From Amphiscolops sp. MND2022 (lineage: Eukaryota): a stretch of 64,000 nt of DNA. This document shows positions 47,392 through 61,000 of this stretch, one piece after another. The notes below the pieces were generated by a model, which was given only the letters and a program-made list of their open reading frames with translations, did no database searches and had not been told where the DNA came from. A program made the position numbers and the translations under genes. Each line of letters opens with the position of its first letter. Within the stretch, counting starts at the first letter, position 1. The stretch spans positions 6,882,001 to 6,946,000 of the forward strand of contig OZ076415.1 in the NCBI GenBank assembly GCA_964187785.1, read 5' to 3'.

Positions 47392-49560
47392 GCCGATAAC
47401 TTTTGGGTGAACTTTAATGGAAAATAATTTGTTAGCTGTTTCCAATTTACAGTAGTATGAATGAATTTACTGAGTGTTGTTATGAATCATGTGCGTGTAA
47501 TGTGATTGACACCTAATGCTGCTAGCACAGTATGTACGTGTACATTGTTCATTCAATCACGCTCTGCACGCAGGCTGCAGCCAATCAGAAACTCATATTT
47601 GTAAAACAGGTACATGTATTACTTGTTATGCAATTTTGCTCAAATACTTTAGTGGCTAGCTCAATTAGTTCTGCTTTAGTGGCTAGCTCAAATAATTATG
47701 AATCATATAAGTAAAACTACCGAGAGAGTTCTTCGACAAAGTTTTGAGAATATGTACTTTTTAAAGATTTTAATTTAGAAAATTTTAAGATTTTGAAACT
47801 TTTAATCAGCTTCCTTCAGAGTTTCATATATTGTTCATCAGTGGCTTCTTGGCGTCAAATTTATTCTAAAATGTCATGAGGGTAATATACTGATATACAT
47901 ATATCGAAGCTATCATTTAGCAGTCTCTGTGGGAAAGAAGCTGTTCCACTTTACTAGTTCAGAATAGAAACGTGACACGTTTTTGTTGTTTGAATTATAC
48001 TCATTGGATTAGATTTTTGTTATATACCAGTTATCCACGGAGATGTCACTTCTTGTGAACTGGTAACTTGTTGATCCCAATTTAAAATATCAAGTCTCTC
48101 ATCTGTATATTTTCTGTGTATGGAGAACCAAAACCAATTCAAAACATTCAGAAAATCACAAATTGAACGTGTGAATCTCACAAAAACTTGCGATTTTTGT
48201 TATATACGTTATCCACGGAAATATTACTTCTTTTGAATTTGTTATTTGTTGATCCCACTTTACAATATCATCAGTCTCTCATCTGTAAATTTCCTGTTCA
48301 TGAAGAATTTAATAAAAGCAATTCAGAACATTCAGAAAATCACAAATTGAAGGTGTGAATCTCACAAAAACTTGCGATTGGTTTAACCTTGGCCAATCAG
48401 AAGCGAAGCATTCAATTGTGAAATCAATAACTAATTATGCCTGTCGTTTATACAGAACTTATTCGAACTCTCTATTTTGTCAGTTATCAACATCTACTAT
48501 TTCTATTTTTTACAAATTATTTTTACTATTAGAAGGATGAGGCTCTCATTATCCATAACGGTTGTGTATTGTTACTCAGGCAACTATTACGTTTTGCGTG
48601 AAAGGGGTGACTTCTGCATCGAGGTAAATTCAGTGTGACAAGTTTCCAGCTTGGAATTGTGTTGGGGGAGTAAAATAAGTGGCCTTTTATTTATGAATCA
48701 TAGACTGATTTTATCCTGTACGAATATGTTTGGTAAACTTTCTGTCGAAATTAACCTGATGTATTATCTGCGACGACATCTTAGACTTCAAAACTTCAAT
48801 GTGCAAAGAATTCTCAAATCTTATTGGTTCACAAAACCTTGTGCTCAAATTCCATAAGTAAACGAGTCTCCATCAATTGCTGAATTGATTTTTTAAAATT
48901 TTTACCGTTTTTCTAAACTAAAAACTAACTTTTATAGTTTTTTACTAAAATTACATCAGAAACGAAAATTTCTCCGAATTTTTTAATCCCATGATGCTTT
49001 TTGTTTTTGGAAATTACCAAGAAAACAAAAAGGGGGCATTTTTTTTCATTACCATTTGACTTCATGTTACTGTATTGATTTGTGAAAATAAGATCAAAAG
49101 TTTTATGCGATATTCTGATACAGGTGTCGAAATCAGTCCGAAGTAGCTGATTTCTTTCAAAAGAATTTCAAACTATTAGTACTGATTTTCCATGAGATGC
49201 TTTTGGTTGACAACAGTTTTTCAGGTCACTCTATGATATAAAGCAGAGTTTTATCGGATTAATTGAATTTTTGACACCGAAAATTTTTTTCAAAAATCAT
49301 ACCAAATTGCATCTTTTCATGCAAAATGGATTTTTTTTCTGGAGCAACTTGGCAAAAAAATTTTATCCCAAAAATTTTTTCAATAGAAAAAAATGAAAAT
49401 TTTATATTGCCATCCTTTTCCATTTTTAGCCCCAAACACGTGATTAATTTTTTTTGAGTAAGATGGCCTTAGGAAACGAAATATGATGGGTTGGCAACTT
49501 GCATGCCAACTTGCACTCTTTATTTTGCAAGTTGTCCTGATTAATTTTGAAATCACCCTG

Positions 49561-49700
49561 NNNNNNNNNNNNNNNNNNNNNNNNNNNNNNNNNNNNNNNN
49601 NNNNNNNNNNNNNNNNNNNNNNNNNNNNNNNNNNNNNNNNNNNNNNNNNNNNNNNNNNNNNNNNNNNNNNNNNNNNNNNNNNNNNNNNNNNNNNNNNNNN
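49561..49700. other. Assembly gap (140 N)
   Basis: Run of n. Confidence 1.
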
Positions 49701-51145
49701 AAATACAAGTTTTTTTTAACAGCCGAAAACATTCCGCTATAACGTATTGCGTCGTCTGCCAATTGTATTTCGTCAAAATATATGCGGTATGGTTTCAAGT
49801 GCTGGTTATCATTGTAACGTTTCTCTAGAAGTATGATCTAAAAGAAACGCAATGTGATCAGGATTCCTGAGAAAAAAACTGCAACGAAAATAACTGAGAA
49901 TTAAATACTATGAGTGAAAATCCTTAGAGGACTGTGTGTGTAGAGGACACGAAACGTAGTGGGACCTAACCCCATTTTTTACTAATCTTTGGTGAGACGG
50001 GCAATAGGTTGGACATAAAAAACGTGACCTCATACGAGACAGTGAAAAATGAGTGCAATTGGACAATAACTATTTGAACTAAGCTTCTGCCAAGTGCTGA
50101 ACACTCCAAAACTACACAACCTTAAAACACGTTGTTTCACAGCTATTTCGGCACTTCTAGTAAAAACAGGACACTAGACGTAATGGTATTTGAACCTTGT
50201 GTCTTATTTTCCCTGCGGTTGCTTGGGGAGGGGGCAATTTGCGCAATTATTGACAAAACACAATTACCTTTGAAAAAACGGCATGGTAAAAGCCATTTAT
50301 AATTATATAATTAGAAACCAACACTTTAATGTACTTTTATTCTGACATCAAATCAGTATTTCAACCAATAATGGTTAACTAAAAACTTTGGCTTTCAAAT
50401 AAAATCATTTCATTGTTGCCAAACAAACTCAAACGACCCAGTCTCTATTCTTTTTTGTCATCATTTAGTGTCTCTCCTCATCTAAAATCACTCAGTCTCT
50501 TTCATTTAGTCTTCTGTTCTCATTCTGCCATCAATCAGTCTCACTTACCAGGTCATCTGTACTCGGTCTCTCCGCAAACCCTCTTCTGCACCCAGTCTCT
50601 CTCCACAAGTCATACATCTGTACTCATTTTCGCTTCTTGATTCAATGGATGAACTCATCTCACAAAATGGCGAAAACGCAGTTAATAAATTACATGGAAA
50701 GTTGCATACCCGACGCAAAGTTGACTTTTGCTACTGCTGCCAAGTGTTTTAACCAAACGGGAAAACGAAGTACGAAGTTACACAAAAAACACGTACAATG
50801 AAGAGATCATTTCCAATGAGATCTTGAGACGGAACAATAATCTTCATGTTAATTCTTTTAGGACTCAGCTCTAAACCAAACCAGTACCCCTTAAACCAAA
50901 TCCAGTACAACAAAAATCCAAAGAAGAAATTATAAGCCCTCTCGAGCCACTCTTTCGCTACTGCTTCAACCAAAAAGAACTTTTTGATTTGATGAATTGT
51001 AATTTTTATATTCATTTTGTATTCAGATGACCAAATAATTTTATTCATATTTAGTTATTTTCTGTACAAAGCTGTAACTTTTTTGAGTTAACGTAGAGAG
51101 AGAAACGCGACGTGATTGGGATCAAATGTGTATTGTGTCATTGCA

Positions 51146-51541
51146 GTAGCGATCTAAAACATCGCAACTCCATTTCCTAAAGTTTTTCAAGTCCAATTTT
51201 CTTGTAAACGGTCACAAAAACAAAAAATTGTCAGCTGGGAGAGTTTCTCAGATATTTTAGTTTACAAAAATATTTGTTTGAAATTTCGACGACGAAAATT
51301 TTAAAAATTAGAAATTTTATGTTTTGGAAATTTCATCGAATTTGAACTTTTTTAAACTCATTCTTTGAACAAAAAATCGAATTTTAATTAACAGTTTTTG
51401 AAATTTGCCTTTTTTTACCTTTTTCTGTAAGGTTCGTAGAAATTTCAAACAAACATTTTTGCATTCGTGATAGTTTACAAGATATTTGCGTTTGAATTTT
51501 GACATTTTAGGCAATAAGGTTGCGATATTTTAGAACGCTAC
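51146..51541. mobile_element. MITE-like fold-back element (copy at 58928-59324; degenerate relatives at ~52760-52980 and ~53900-54600)
   Basis: Terminal inverted repeat gtagcgatctaaaacatcgcaac / gttgcgatattttagaacgctac (2 mismatches), plus internal inverted tttgtttgaaatttc / gaaatttcaaacaaac. Confidence 0.55.
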
Positions 51542-54500
51542 CGTGGAAAGATGATCCTAAAAAAACACAATGTGATCGTAATTTGACTTGCTTGGTTTCA
51601 TTAGAGGTTTTGCCTCAACGAAACTCTATTTTGCACTGTCATAGGAGATACCACCGTTGACGAGCAAAAAGAATAAAAGCAAATAGAAATGTTTTAAAAG
51701 AAATGCCATCCTGGGAGACTAAAGCTCGTTTTTAGAAAAGAATGGCAACACTCTATTGTCAAACGTTCTCTGGCCCACAATAGTACAGAGTAACATTGCG
51801 ATAGTATGATTAAACTGTCAAAGAAACAAAAGTTGTTTACAAATATTACCAACTTTTAGGTCGAGATAGCAATTTGAATCTTGTTTCAAAATATATTTTT
51901 CTATTTTCAGAATTATCAAATGTTTGACGATATACGGAATCGAACTCATTCATATTGCGGAATGGTGAAGGAAATCATTCCTTTAACTCATTCATATTGC
52001 AAACCGTTTATGTCCCACCTAAAGCCCGTCCCACCAAGGCCTTGTAAATGGTGTCTATGTCTCACCAACTCTAGTTGCCTCAACGCCATTACACTCTTAT
52101 TGAAAAATTGAGAAACTTTCACATGAATAGCTTTTGGCAGAAAATAGTTGCGGAGATATCGGTTCCTTTTGTTTAGTCTAAATCCTTGTTCACAAATTAT
52201 TTTTTAAAGTATGACAAATGAAATAAAATTACCTACACGTCAGGTTTTCCTAATATGGTATGACGAATGTATGTCTGCCCCTTATCATCAGCCATAATAA
52301 ATTGCCCTATTTACATTAAAACCCATAAATTGTGGAAACTATGTGAATTATCAATTTCCATATTTGGTCACGTAAATACTTGCCACGAAAAAGATTTATG
52401 TTTCAAAACTCAATTTTACGAAGAAAGCGAATCAACATCCCACATTTTTGCTCTTTTTGGTTACCCCCACCGCCGATTAGTTTTGAGAAATTAGTTTAAA
52501 AAATTATAACACAAAACCTTGATTAAAAACCATAAACCTTTAATTTTATCTTTATTTTCATGGTAACAGTTTAGAATTGAGATTTATTTTAATCATCTAT
52601 TTATTTTAATTATTTATTTTATGTGAGCAAGTTTATCACATTATTTTGTGCAGTCACAAGAAAGTCAACGACTTTCTGTTTTGAGTTGAACTTTCTTTCG
52701 CTTTAATTTTTGCGATAATTTTGCCCGAAATTCTTTTTTGATCACCCCTGCCGGAATATACGGTAAATTATTTTGTATTTTTCTTAAATTTTTCAAAAAA
52801 GATCGTAGAATTTCAAACGAACATTTTTGTAAACTAGATTAAAATCTTCTTTAAAGAGTTCCAAAGATTAAAAACTTCCATAGTTGACAATTTATCGGAT
52901 TCGTGACAGTTTTCAAAAAAATTGGATTTGAAAGTTGCAATTTTGGGCATTGGAGTTGCGATAGTTAAGAACGTTACATTTACTGAACACAATTATCAAT
53001 TATGACGTCACAGCAGTCCTGACATTCGGTGAAAATTGCGTTCAGTCCCAGCATGGTTCGTAAACGGATTTACAAAATATAAACTTCGTTGACACTTGAG
53101 AATTCTCAGATTTCCCAGAATTCTTTCCCGATTGAACCTAACCAGATTCACATTCAGCATTTATTGAACACTAATTTGCATTATTCGCAACTTTTTTTTT
53201 CCATTATACGCAACAGCGAATAATCAACAGCAACAATTACATAACGAGCATAACAAAAACAACAACAAGTATAGCGGGCGGATTTGTCAATTCAGAATTG
53301 AACTCTGTTACCTTTCATCGCCTGATAACGTCATTGATTCAATGCGTATTGTTTGTAATGTCCTAATTTAATGTCAAATTATCACGTACCGAATACACCT
53401 AAGAACAAATAACATAAAAACGGAATTTATCCTATGGGATTGACTTCGCATATAACATATAAAAAAGAAATTAGTTTCAAATTACATAAAAGAAACCAAA
53501 TACCCGGTTGAGCAATTGAATTCACGGAATTTTATAAGTATTTCTGATACTTTTCTCAGTAAGTCTTTTGAATTGTGAACGCTTTTGACCAATAAAACTT
53601 TCTCGTAAACCATTTTGTTTTTGTTCAGTGAAACTAACTTCTTTTTCATGTCATTTGAAACTACTTCAGCGTAGTTTTAAGGTAAAACTCGCTATTGTTA
53701 ATCAATTTGAATCAATTTGAACATCCGTCTTTCCAAGTTCTATATATAACCGTCCTCCTATATAGCGTAAATCCAGAATTAACGTTTTCTTCTCAATCAT
53801 CCCGTAGGTGTAAACAATATAGAAGTTCGTCTGTAAAACAAAACATTCGACAAAACTCGGTATCACACCGGGTTTCATTTCCATTGGAACTTCAATGCTT
53901 AAAATTGCAAATTTCAAATCGAAATTTCTTGAAAACTGTCACGAATACAAAAAAGTGTCCGCTAGGAAAATTTATTAGAATTTTATCTAGTTTACAAAAA
54001 TGTTTGTTTGAAATTTCTGCGACAAAAATTACAAAAATTGGAAATTGGAAATTTTGACAAAATTTATTCAAATTTGTACTTTTCTGGACTTTCACAAAAG
54101 TGAAAGTATATTTTTGAAAAATTTTCATTCAATCAAGTGCCTCCAAATCTGCCGAGGATGCTGATATATCTTGATTGGAAAACTTTCTCGATTTCTAATG
54201 AAAATCATCAGTTTTCCAAATACAATTCTTATAGCCAACTTAATACATGTACTTCGGTGCTCATAGACACAAAAAAGTGTATTTTTCTGATTCGAAAAAA
54301 TTCTCGATCAAAAAAAATCAGTAGGTTCGGGAGATTATATGAAGTTTCCCAATGAAGGAAAAATCCGAAAAAAATGTTCTAAGTTACTCAATTTTCGAAA
54401 AAGTTCAAATTTCAAATAAAATTCACTGAAATTTGCAATTTCTAACTTTTTTGGTAACAGTCGTAGAAATTTCAAACAAACACTTTTGTAAACTATATAA

Positions 54501-54599
54501 AAATTCTAAGAAAATTTTGTATTTGTGACAGTATATGAGATAATTGGTTTTGAGTTTTGCCATTTTATGCTATGAGGTTGCGATATTTTAGAACTGTAC

Positions 54600-54935
54600 T
54601 CGGAATCACATCGCATTAATATTTCAATGAAGATACCGGAAATCACATCGCTTTGCTATTTCATCTGAGTTACTCGAAGTCACATCGCGATGCTATTTCA
54701 TTGAAGTGACTCGAAATCACATCGCGTTGCTATTTCAATGAAGTTACTCGAAATCACATCGCGTTGCTATTTCAATGAAGTTACTGGAAATCACATCGCG
54801 TTGCTCTTTCATCCAAGTTACCCGAAATCACATCGCGTTGCTATTTCATCGAAGTTACTCGAAATCACATCGCGTTGCTATTTCATCGAAGTTACCCGAA
54901 ATCACATCGCGTTGCTACTTCATCGAAGTTACTCG
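54600..54935 (+). repeat. 33-bp tandem repeat (~10 copies; second copy ~62340-62675)
   Basis: gaagttactcgaaatcacatcgcgttgctatttcat variants. Confidence 0.9.
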
Positions 54936-54949
54936 AACTTACAAAGTAT

Positions 54950-55076
54950 TCATCTAGAACATAGTTCACATTTAGCCTGTAGAGATTGTATGAAACAATA
55001 TTTAGATAGTTTAGCAAGTGCAGTTGTCACATGTCCTTACTGCAGATCACCCGTAAATATTAATTTGTACAATTAA
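54950..55076 (+). pseudogene. C-terminal half of a RING finger (copy at 62690-62816 has C>W)
   Basis: HSSHLACRDCMKQY..VVTCPYCRSPV matches RING ligands 4-8; the N-terminal half is replaced by the 33-bp repeat. Confidence 0.5.
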
Positions 55077-58000
55077 ACTTTTGTAAAATTGTAGTTATCA
55101 GGGCTTCCGCTTGTTTAACAATTAATTATGATTTTTTTTGCCTGGAATGATGCATTAAAATGTGACGCACACTAGAAATAAAAATGAAAAAATGGAAAAC
55201 ACAAAACATATCTGAGTATATTGATATTGATTTTATATTGCCGACCTCTAATTAAATGGGAAGGTTCTTTACTACCGCGGATTAGGCCTTGGACGGTTTC
55301 AGATAAGTGTTTTTTCAATGAACCCTTGAAAATTTTGAAGATGAATGGACTATCTTGGGATGTAAGTCTTATTACCGAAAATAATGCTTCAACTATTGCG
55401 AATTAATTGAAAAAAACTTCCAAGTTTCTAATATTCCATTATTTGATTTTATTTCAAATTATTTGAATTTTTTGATCTCAAAAAAATTTTGATAGTTAGC
55501 ATAATTTTGTAATAGGTTTTCTAAACTTAGATTTTTGAGACCTTTCAGAGGCGACGTCCTCGTTCTCGGCGTGGGTCTTGTTATGGGCGACAATGTGTGA
55601 TCCCCTAACTGAGAGCCTCTGTAAAACTGAATTATACGGGGCAAAAGTAACTTTTCGTTGAGATTTGTAATCTCAGCTGTTATTTGTGCCCGACAAAATA
55701 TGTTCTCATTCACGTGAAATTTATCTCCAGCTGCAACTGAAACTCATCGCTGATACTAGGGGGGTTGTAGGTTGTTAACCTTTTCGCCGTTACTGAGCGG
55801 GGGGGGTTCAGTGATCTCCATTTATATTAATAAATTCGTTCCAAGTGGTTTTCAAACTCCTGATAACTTTCCTTTCAAGTTTTCTTCTCTAAAAACACGG
55901 ATTCTATATGTGCTTTACATGTACTTTTGTTTCTATTACATTTTGGAAAATTTTTACTAATTTCGTAAAGTTTGCTACTCCAAACTCCATTAGGCGCTCC
56001 AAACTCAATTACCAAACAGAGGTTCCATTCTTTAATCACAATACTGTATCTCCAACGATTACGTACCAAATGCCCCACCAACTCTGGTTGCAAATAATGT
56101 TATTTGGGATTTCACAATCTCCAACTGCAACTGAACTTTACATGCTCAGCACACGGCACTTCTTTTTCAGAGTTGTGAAGTTGCTTGCTAGCAGCAGGCG
56201 GCACAATAGCATGCCTATCAGTGATGAGCCATCAAATAGCGTTTCCTACAGTTACATGTATACAACTTGTGATGGCTGTGTGGTAGCAGCCTTGCATAAC
56301 GTCACAAGTTGACACGTCACATTTAAAATTCGTGGAAGGTGCGATTTTGCTTAAGCAAAACTAGTAGTTGTGACTCATAACTACAAGTTTTGCCTAAGCA
56401 AATTCGCACCTTCACCGAACTGCCAATAACCATTAAAATAAACCCGTCAGAAAAAATGCTTGTGAAATTAAAAATGAACGAGGAATAAAGTAGTGACAGA
56501 ACCAACTTTGGCTGAAATTATACATAAAAAAATCAACTCCGCTCATGTGGCAAGGAGGAAGGAACACTGAAAAGTGTTTATTACAATTTTTTCCAACCAA
56601 AACCTGCTCGGAAAGTTTAGACGGGCATATGAATGAACACTAATGAAAAACTTGAAAACCACATTTTCCCTTTCTTTCGAGCATTTCTGATACCAATTAT
56701 AATTTTGACGAACAACGGTGATGCTGAAATGTATCGGAAAATAGTTTTTCATCAGTTTCTTGGATTTTGAATAAGTTAAAATATTTTTTATTAACACCAT
56801 CATGTGGCCGTCTAAGGTCTCATCATCTTCAATATGCTCGGAAACGCAATAAGACACAGTAAAGATGTCTTTATTAGTTGTGCAACTAACAGTGCAGGAC
56901 TTGTTGTGTTCAGACGGGCCTTCTTAGATATTTAGTACCTGGTTTCAATGAATTATCTTTTAATGTGCTAATTTGTTCACAAAGAGATTTTCGAGTACCA
57001 CAAATATTCAAGTAATATTTGTCCTTTAAACAACTTCTGCCTTTCTGCGACTTCTATAATGTGATTGAGAACGTTGGATTAAAAATAAAAAGTGATTGTT
57101 CAGCGAACCTGTGATTGTTTCTAATAACAAAACTTGTTCGTTGAAGAACGGCGTTTGGTCAGTGGGTAGCCAAAGGGAGTCTAAATCTTCACACACTAAT
57201 TTTTTGTTTGAAAAACTCGATTTTCGCTCAAACTTAGATTTATAGTGATCAAAAATGGTTTGCGATTGACAACTTTGATGGTGAAAGGCTGCCATTAGAT
57301 GAACACGAGTAAATTATCTCAGTTTAATCACATTGAACCTCGAATTGAAGCACTTTATTGTTTGGCATGCCATCAGTTGATTCAATCCAAAACATCTGAA
57401 AACTAAGACTGGCAACAATTCTAACTTTTCTGGTTAGTTTTATGGAGCCACTAAAAGACTCGAGGAAGCAGGAATTAAAAGCATTGGGTTTTTATTGATT
57501 GTTTTGACGAAATTTTTGGACATCAACGAACAGATAAAAGTGATGTATTCTAGATGACCATACTAAGTCTAATTATTACCAACTAAAATTGAATAGTTAT
57601 TTTATAGGTTTTATTATGTCTTCGAAACAGAATTGAGAGCACTCTGGAATGTTGTTTATTGTCATTTGTATGTTTTGTATACACCACCGGCTTTCTTTAA
57701 ACAGTTTTAGCTGTTGGGACCAGCACTTGAATTTCTCAGAAAACTTACATTTCCTGATAACATGAAATGCCATAGAGAGTCCACTTTCAATACCGGTTAT
57801 TGGCGAAACCGCTGAAACTAGTGAGCTGAGCATTTGCGTGCGGCGTTCTAATTGGACGAGAATCGGATTGGAATGATTGCTGTTCCGGTGGCGATTTTTC
57901 ATCAATCCAAGTCCGAAGAACTTTCTATGGCTACCCGTGATTCAGCGATCAGACTCTTTATGGCTTCTTGGAATGGCATTTTCCATAGCCAAATGTGGTC

Positions 58001-61000
58001 TGAGAATCATAATAATAATAATAATACTAATAGGTTTCGAATCTCCCAAATACAAGTTTTTTTAACAGCCGAAAACATTCCGCTATAACGTATTGCGTCG
58101 TCTGCCAATTGTATTTCGTCACAATATATGCGGTATGGTTTCAAGTGCTGGTTATCATTGTAACGTTTCTCTAGAAGTATGATCTAAAAGAAACGCAATG
58201 TGATCAGGATTCCTGAGAAAAAAACTGCAACGAAAATAACTGAGAATTAAATACTATGAGTGAAAATCCTTAGAGGATTGTGTGTGTAGAGGACACGAAA
58301 CGTAGTGGGACCTAACCCCATTTTTTTACTAATCTTTGGTGAGACGGGCAATAGGTTGGACATAAAAAACGTGACCTCATACGAGACAGTGAAAGATGAG
58401 TGAAATTGGACAATAACTATTTGAACTAAGCTTCTGCCAAGTGCTGAACACTCCAAAACTACACAACCTTAAAACACGTTGTTTCACAGCTATTTCGACA
58501 CTTCTAGTAAAAACAGGACACTAGACGTAATGGTATTTGAACCTTGTGTCTTATTTTCCCTGCGGTTGCTTGGGGAGGGGGCAATTTGCGCAATTATTGA
58601 CAAAACACAATTACCTTTGAAAAAACGGCATGGTAAAAGCCATTTATAATTATATAATTAGAAACCAACACTTTAATGTACTTTTATTCTGACATCAAAT
58701 CAGTATTTCAACCAATAATGGTTAACTAAAAACTTTGGCTTTCAAATAAAATGTCAAAGAACTTTTTGATTTGATGAATTGTAATTTTCATATTCATTTT
58801 GTATTCAGATGACCAAATAATTTTATTCATATTTAGTTATTTTCTGTACAAAGCTGTAACTTTTTTGAGTTAACGTAGAGAGAGAAACGCGACGTGATTG
58901 GGATCAAATGTGTATTGTGTCATTGCAGTAGCGATCTAAAACATCGCAACTCCATTTCCTAAAGTTTTTCAAGTCCAATTTTCTTGTAAACGGTCACAAA
59001 AACAAAAAATTGTCAGCTGGGAGAGTTTCTCAGATATTTTAGTTTACAAAAATATTTGTTTGAAATTTCGACGACGAAAATTTTAAAAATTAGAAATTTT
59101 ATGTTTTGGAAATTTCATCGAATTTGAACTTTTTTAAACTCATTCTTTGAACAAAAAATCAAATTTTAATTAACAGTTTTTGAAATTTGCCTTTTTTTTA
59201 CCTTTTTCTGTAAGGTTCGTAGAAATTTCAAACAAACATTTTTGCATTCGTGACAGTTCACAAGATATTTGCGTTTGAATTTTGACATTTTAGGCAATAA
59301 GGTTGCGATATTTTAGAACGCTACCGTGGAAAGATGATCCTAAAAAAACACAATGTGATCGTAATTTGACTTGCTTGGTTTCATTATAGGTTTTGCCTCA
59401 ACGAAACTCTATTTTGCACTGTCATAGGAGATACCACCGTTGACGAGCAAAAAGAATAAAAGCAAATAGAAATGTTTTAAAAGAAATGCCATCCTGGGAG
59501 ACTAAAGCTCGTTTTTAGAAAAGAATGGCAACACTCTATTGTCAAACGTTCTCTGGCCCACAATAGTACAGAGTAACATTGCGATAGTATGATTAAACTG
59601 TCAAAGAAACAAAAGTTGTTTACAAATATTACCAATTTTTAGGTCGAGATAGCAATTTGAATCTTGTTTCAAAATATATTTTTCTATTTTCAGAATTATC
59701 AAATGTTTGACGATATACGGAATCGAACTCATTCATATTGCGGAATGGTGAAGGAAATCATTCCTTTAACTCATTCATATTGCAAACCGTTTATGTCCCA
59801 CCTAAAGCCCGTCCCACCAAGGCCTTGTAAATGGTGTCTATGTCTCACCAACTCTAGTTGCCTCAACGCCATTACACTCTTATTGAAAAATTGAGAAACT
59901 TTCACATGAATAGCTTTTGGCAGAAAATAGTTGCGGAGATATCGGTTCCTTTTGTTTAGTCTAAATCCTTGTTCACAAATTATTTTTTAAAGTATGACAA
60001 ATGAAATAAAATTACCTACACGTCAGGTTTTCCTAATATGGTATGACGAATGTATGTCTGCCCCTTATCATCAGCCATAATAAATTGCCCTATTTACATT
60101 AAAACCCATAAATTGTGGAAACTATGTGAATTATCATTTTCCATATTTGGTCACGTAAATACTTGCCACGAAAAAGATTTATGTTTCAAAACTCAATTTT
60201 ACGAAGAAAGCGAATCAACATCCCACATTTTTGCTCTTTTTGGTTACCCCCACCGCCGATTAGTTTTGAGAAATTAGTTTAAAAAATTATAACACAAAAC
60301 CTTGATTAAAAACCATAAACATTTAATTTTATCTATATTTTCATGGTAACAGTTTAGAATTGAGATACAAGTTTATCACATTATTTTGTGCAGTCACAAG
60401 AAAGTCAACGACTTTCTGTTTTGAGTTGAACTTTCTTTCGCTTTAATTTTTGCGATAATTTTGCCCGAAATTCTTTTTTGATCACCCCTGCCGGAATATA
60501 CGGTAAATTATTTTGTATTTTTCTTAAATTTTTCAAAAAAGATCGTAGAATTTCAAACGAACCTTTTTGTAAACTAGATTAAAATCTTCTTTAAAGAGTT
60601 CCAAAGATTAAAAACTTCCATAGTTGACAATTTATCGGATTCGTGACAGTTTTCAAAAAAATTGGATTTGAAAGTTGCAATTTTGGGCATTGGAGTTGCG
60701 ATAGTTAAGAACGTTACATTTACTGAACACAATTATCAATTATGACGTCACAGCAGTCCTGACATTCGGTGAAAATTGCGTTCAGTCCCAGCATGGTTCG
60801 TAAACGGATTTACAAAATATAAACTTCGTTGACACTTGAGAATTCTCAGATTTCCCAGAATTCTTTCCCGATTGAACCTAACCAGATTCACATTCAGCAT
60901 TTATTGAACACTAATTTGCATTATTCGCAACTTTTTTTTCCATTATACGCAACAGCGAATAATCAACAGCAACAATTACATAACGAGCATAACAAAAACA

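Noticed and set aside
49444-49828. ORFs spanning the N run
   Set aside because: Artefacts of translating across the gap.
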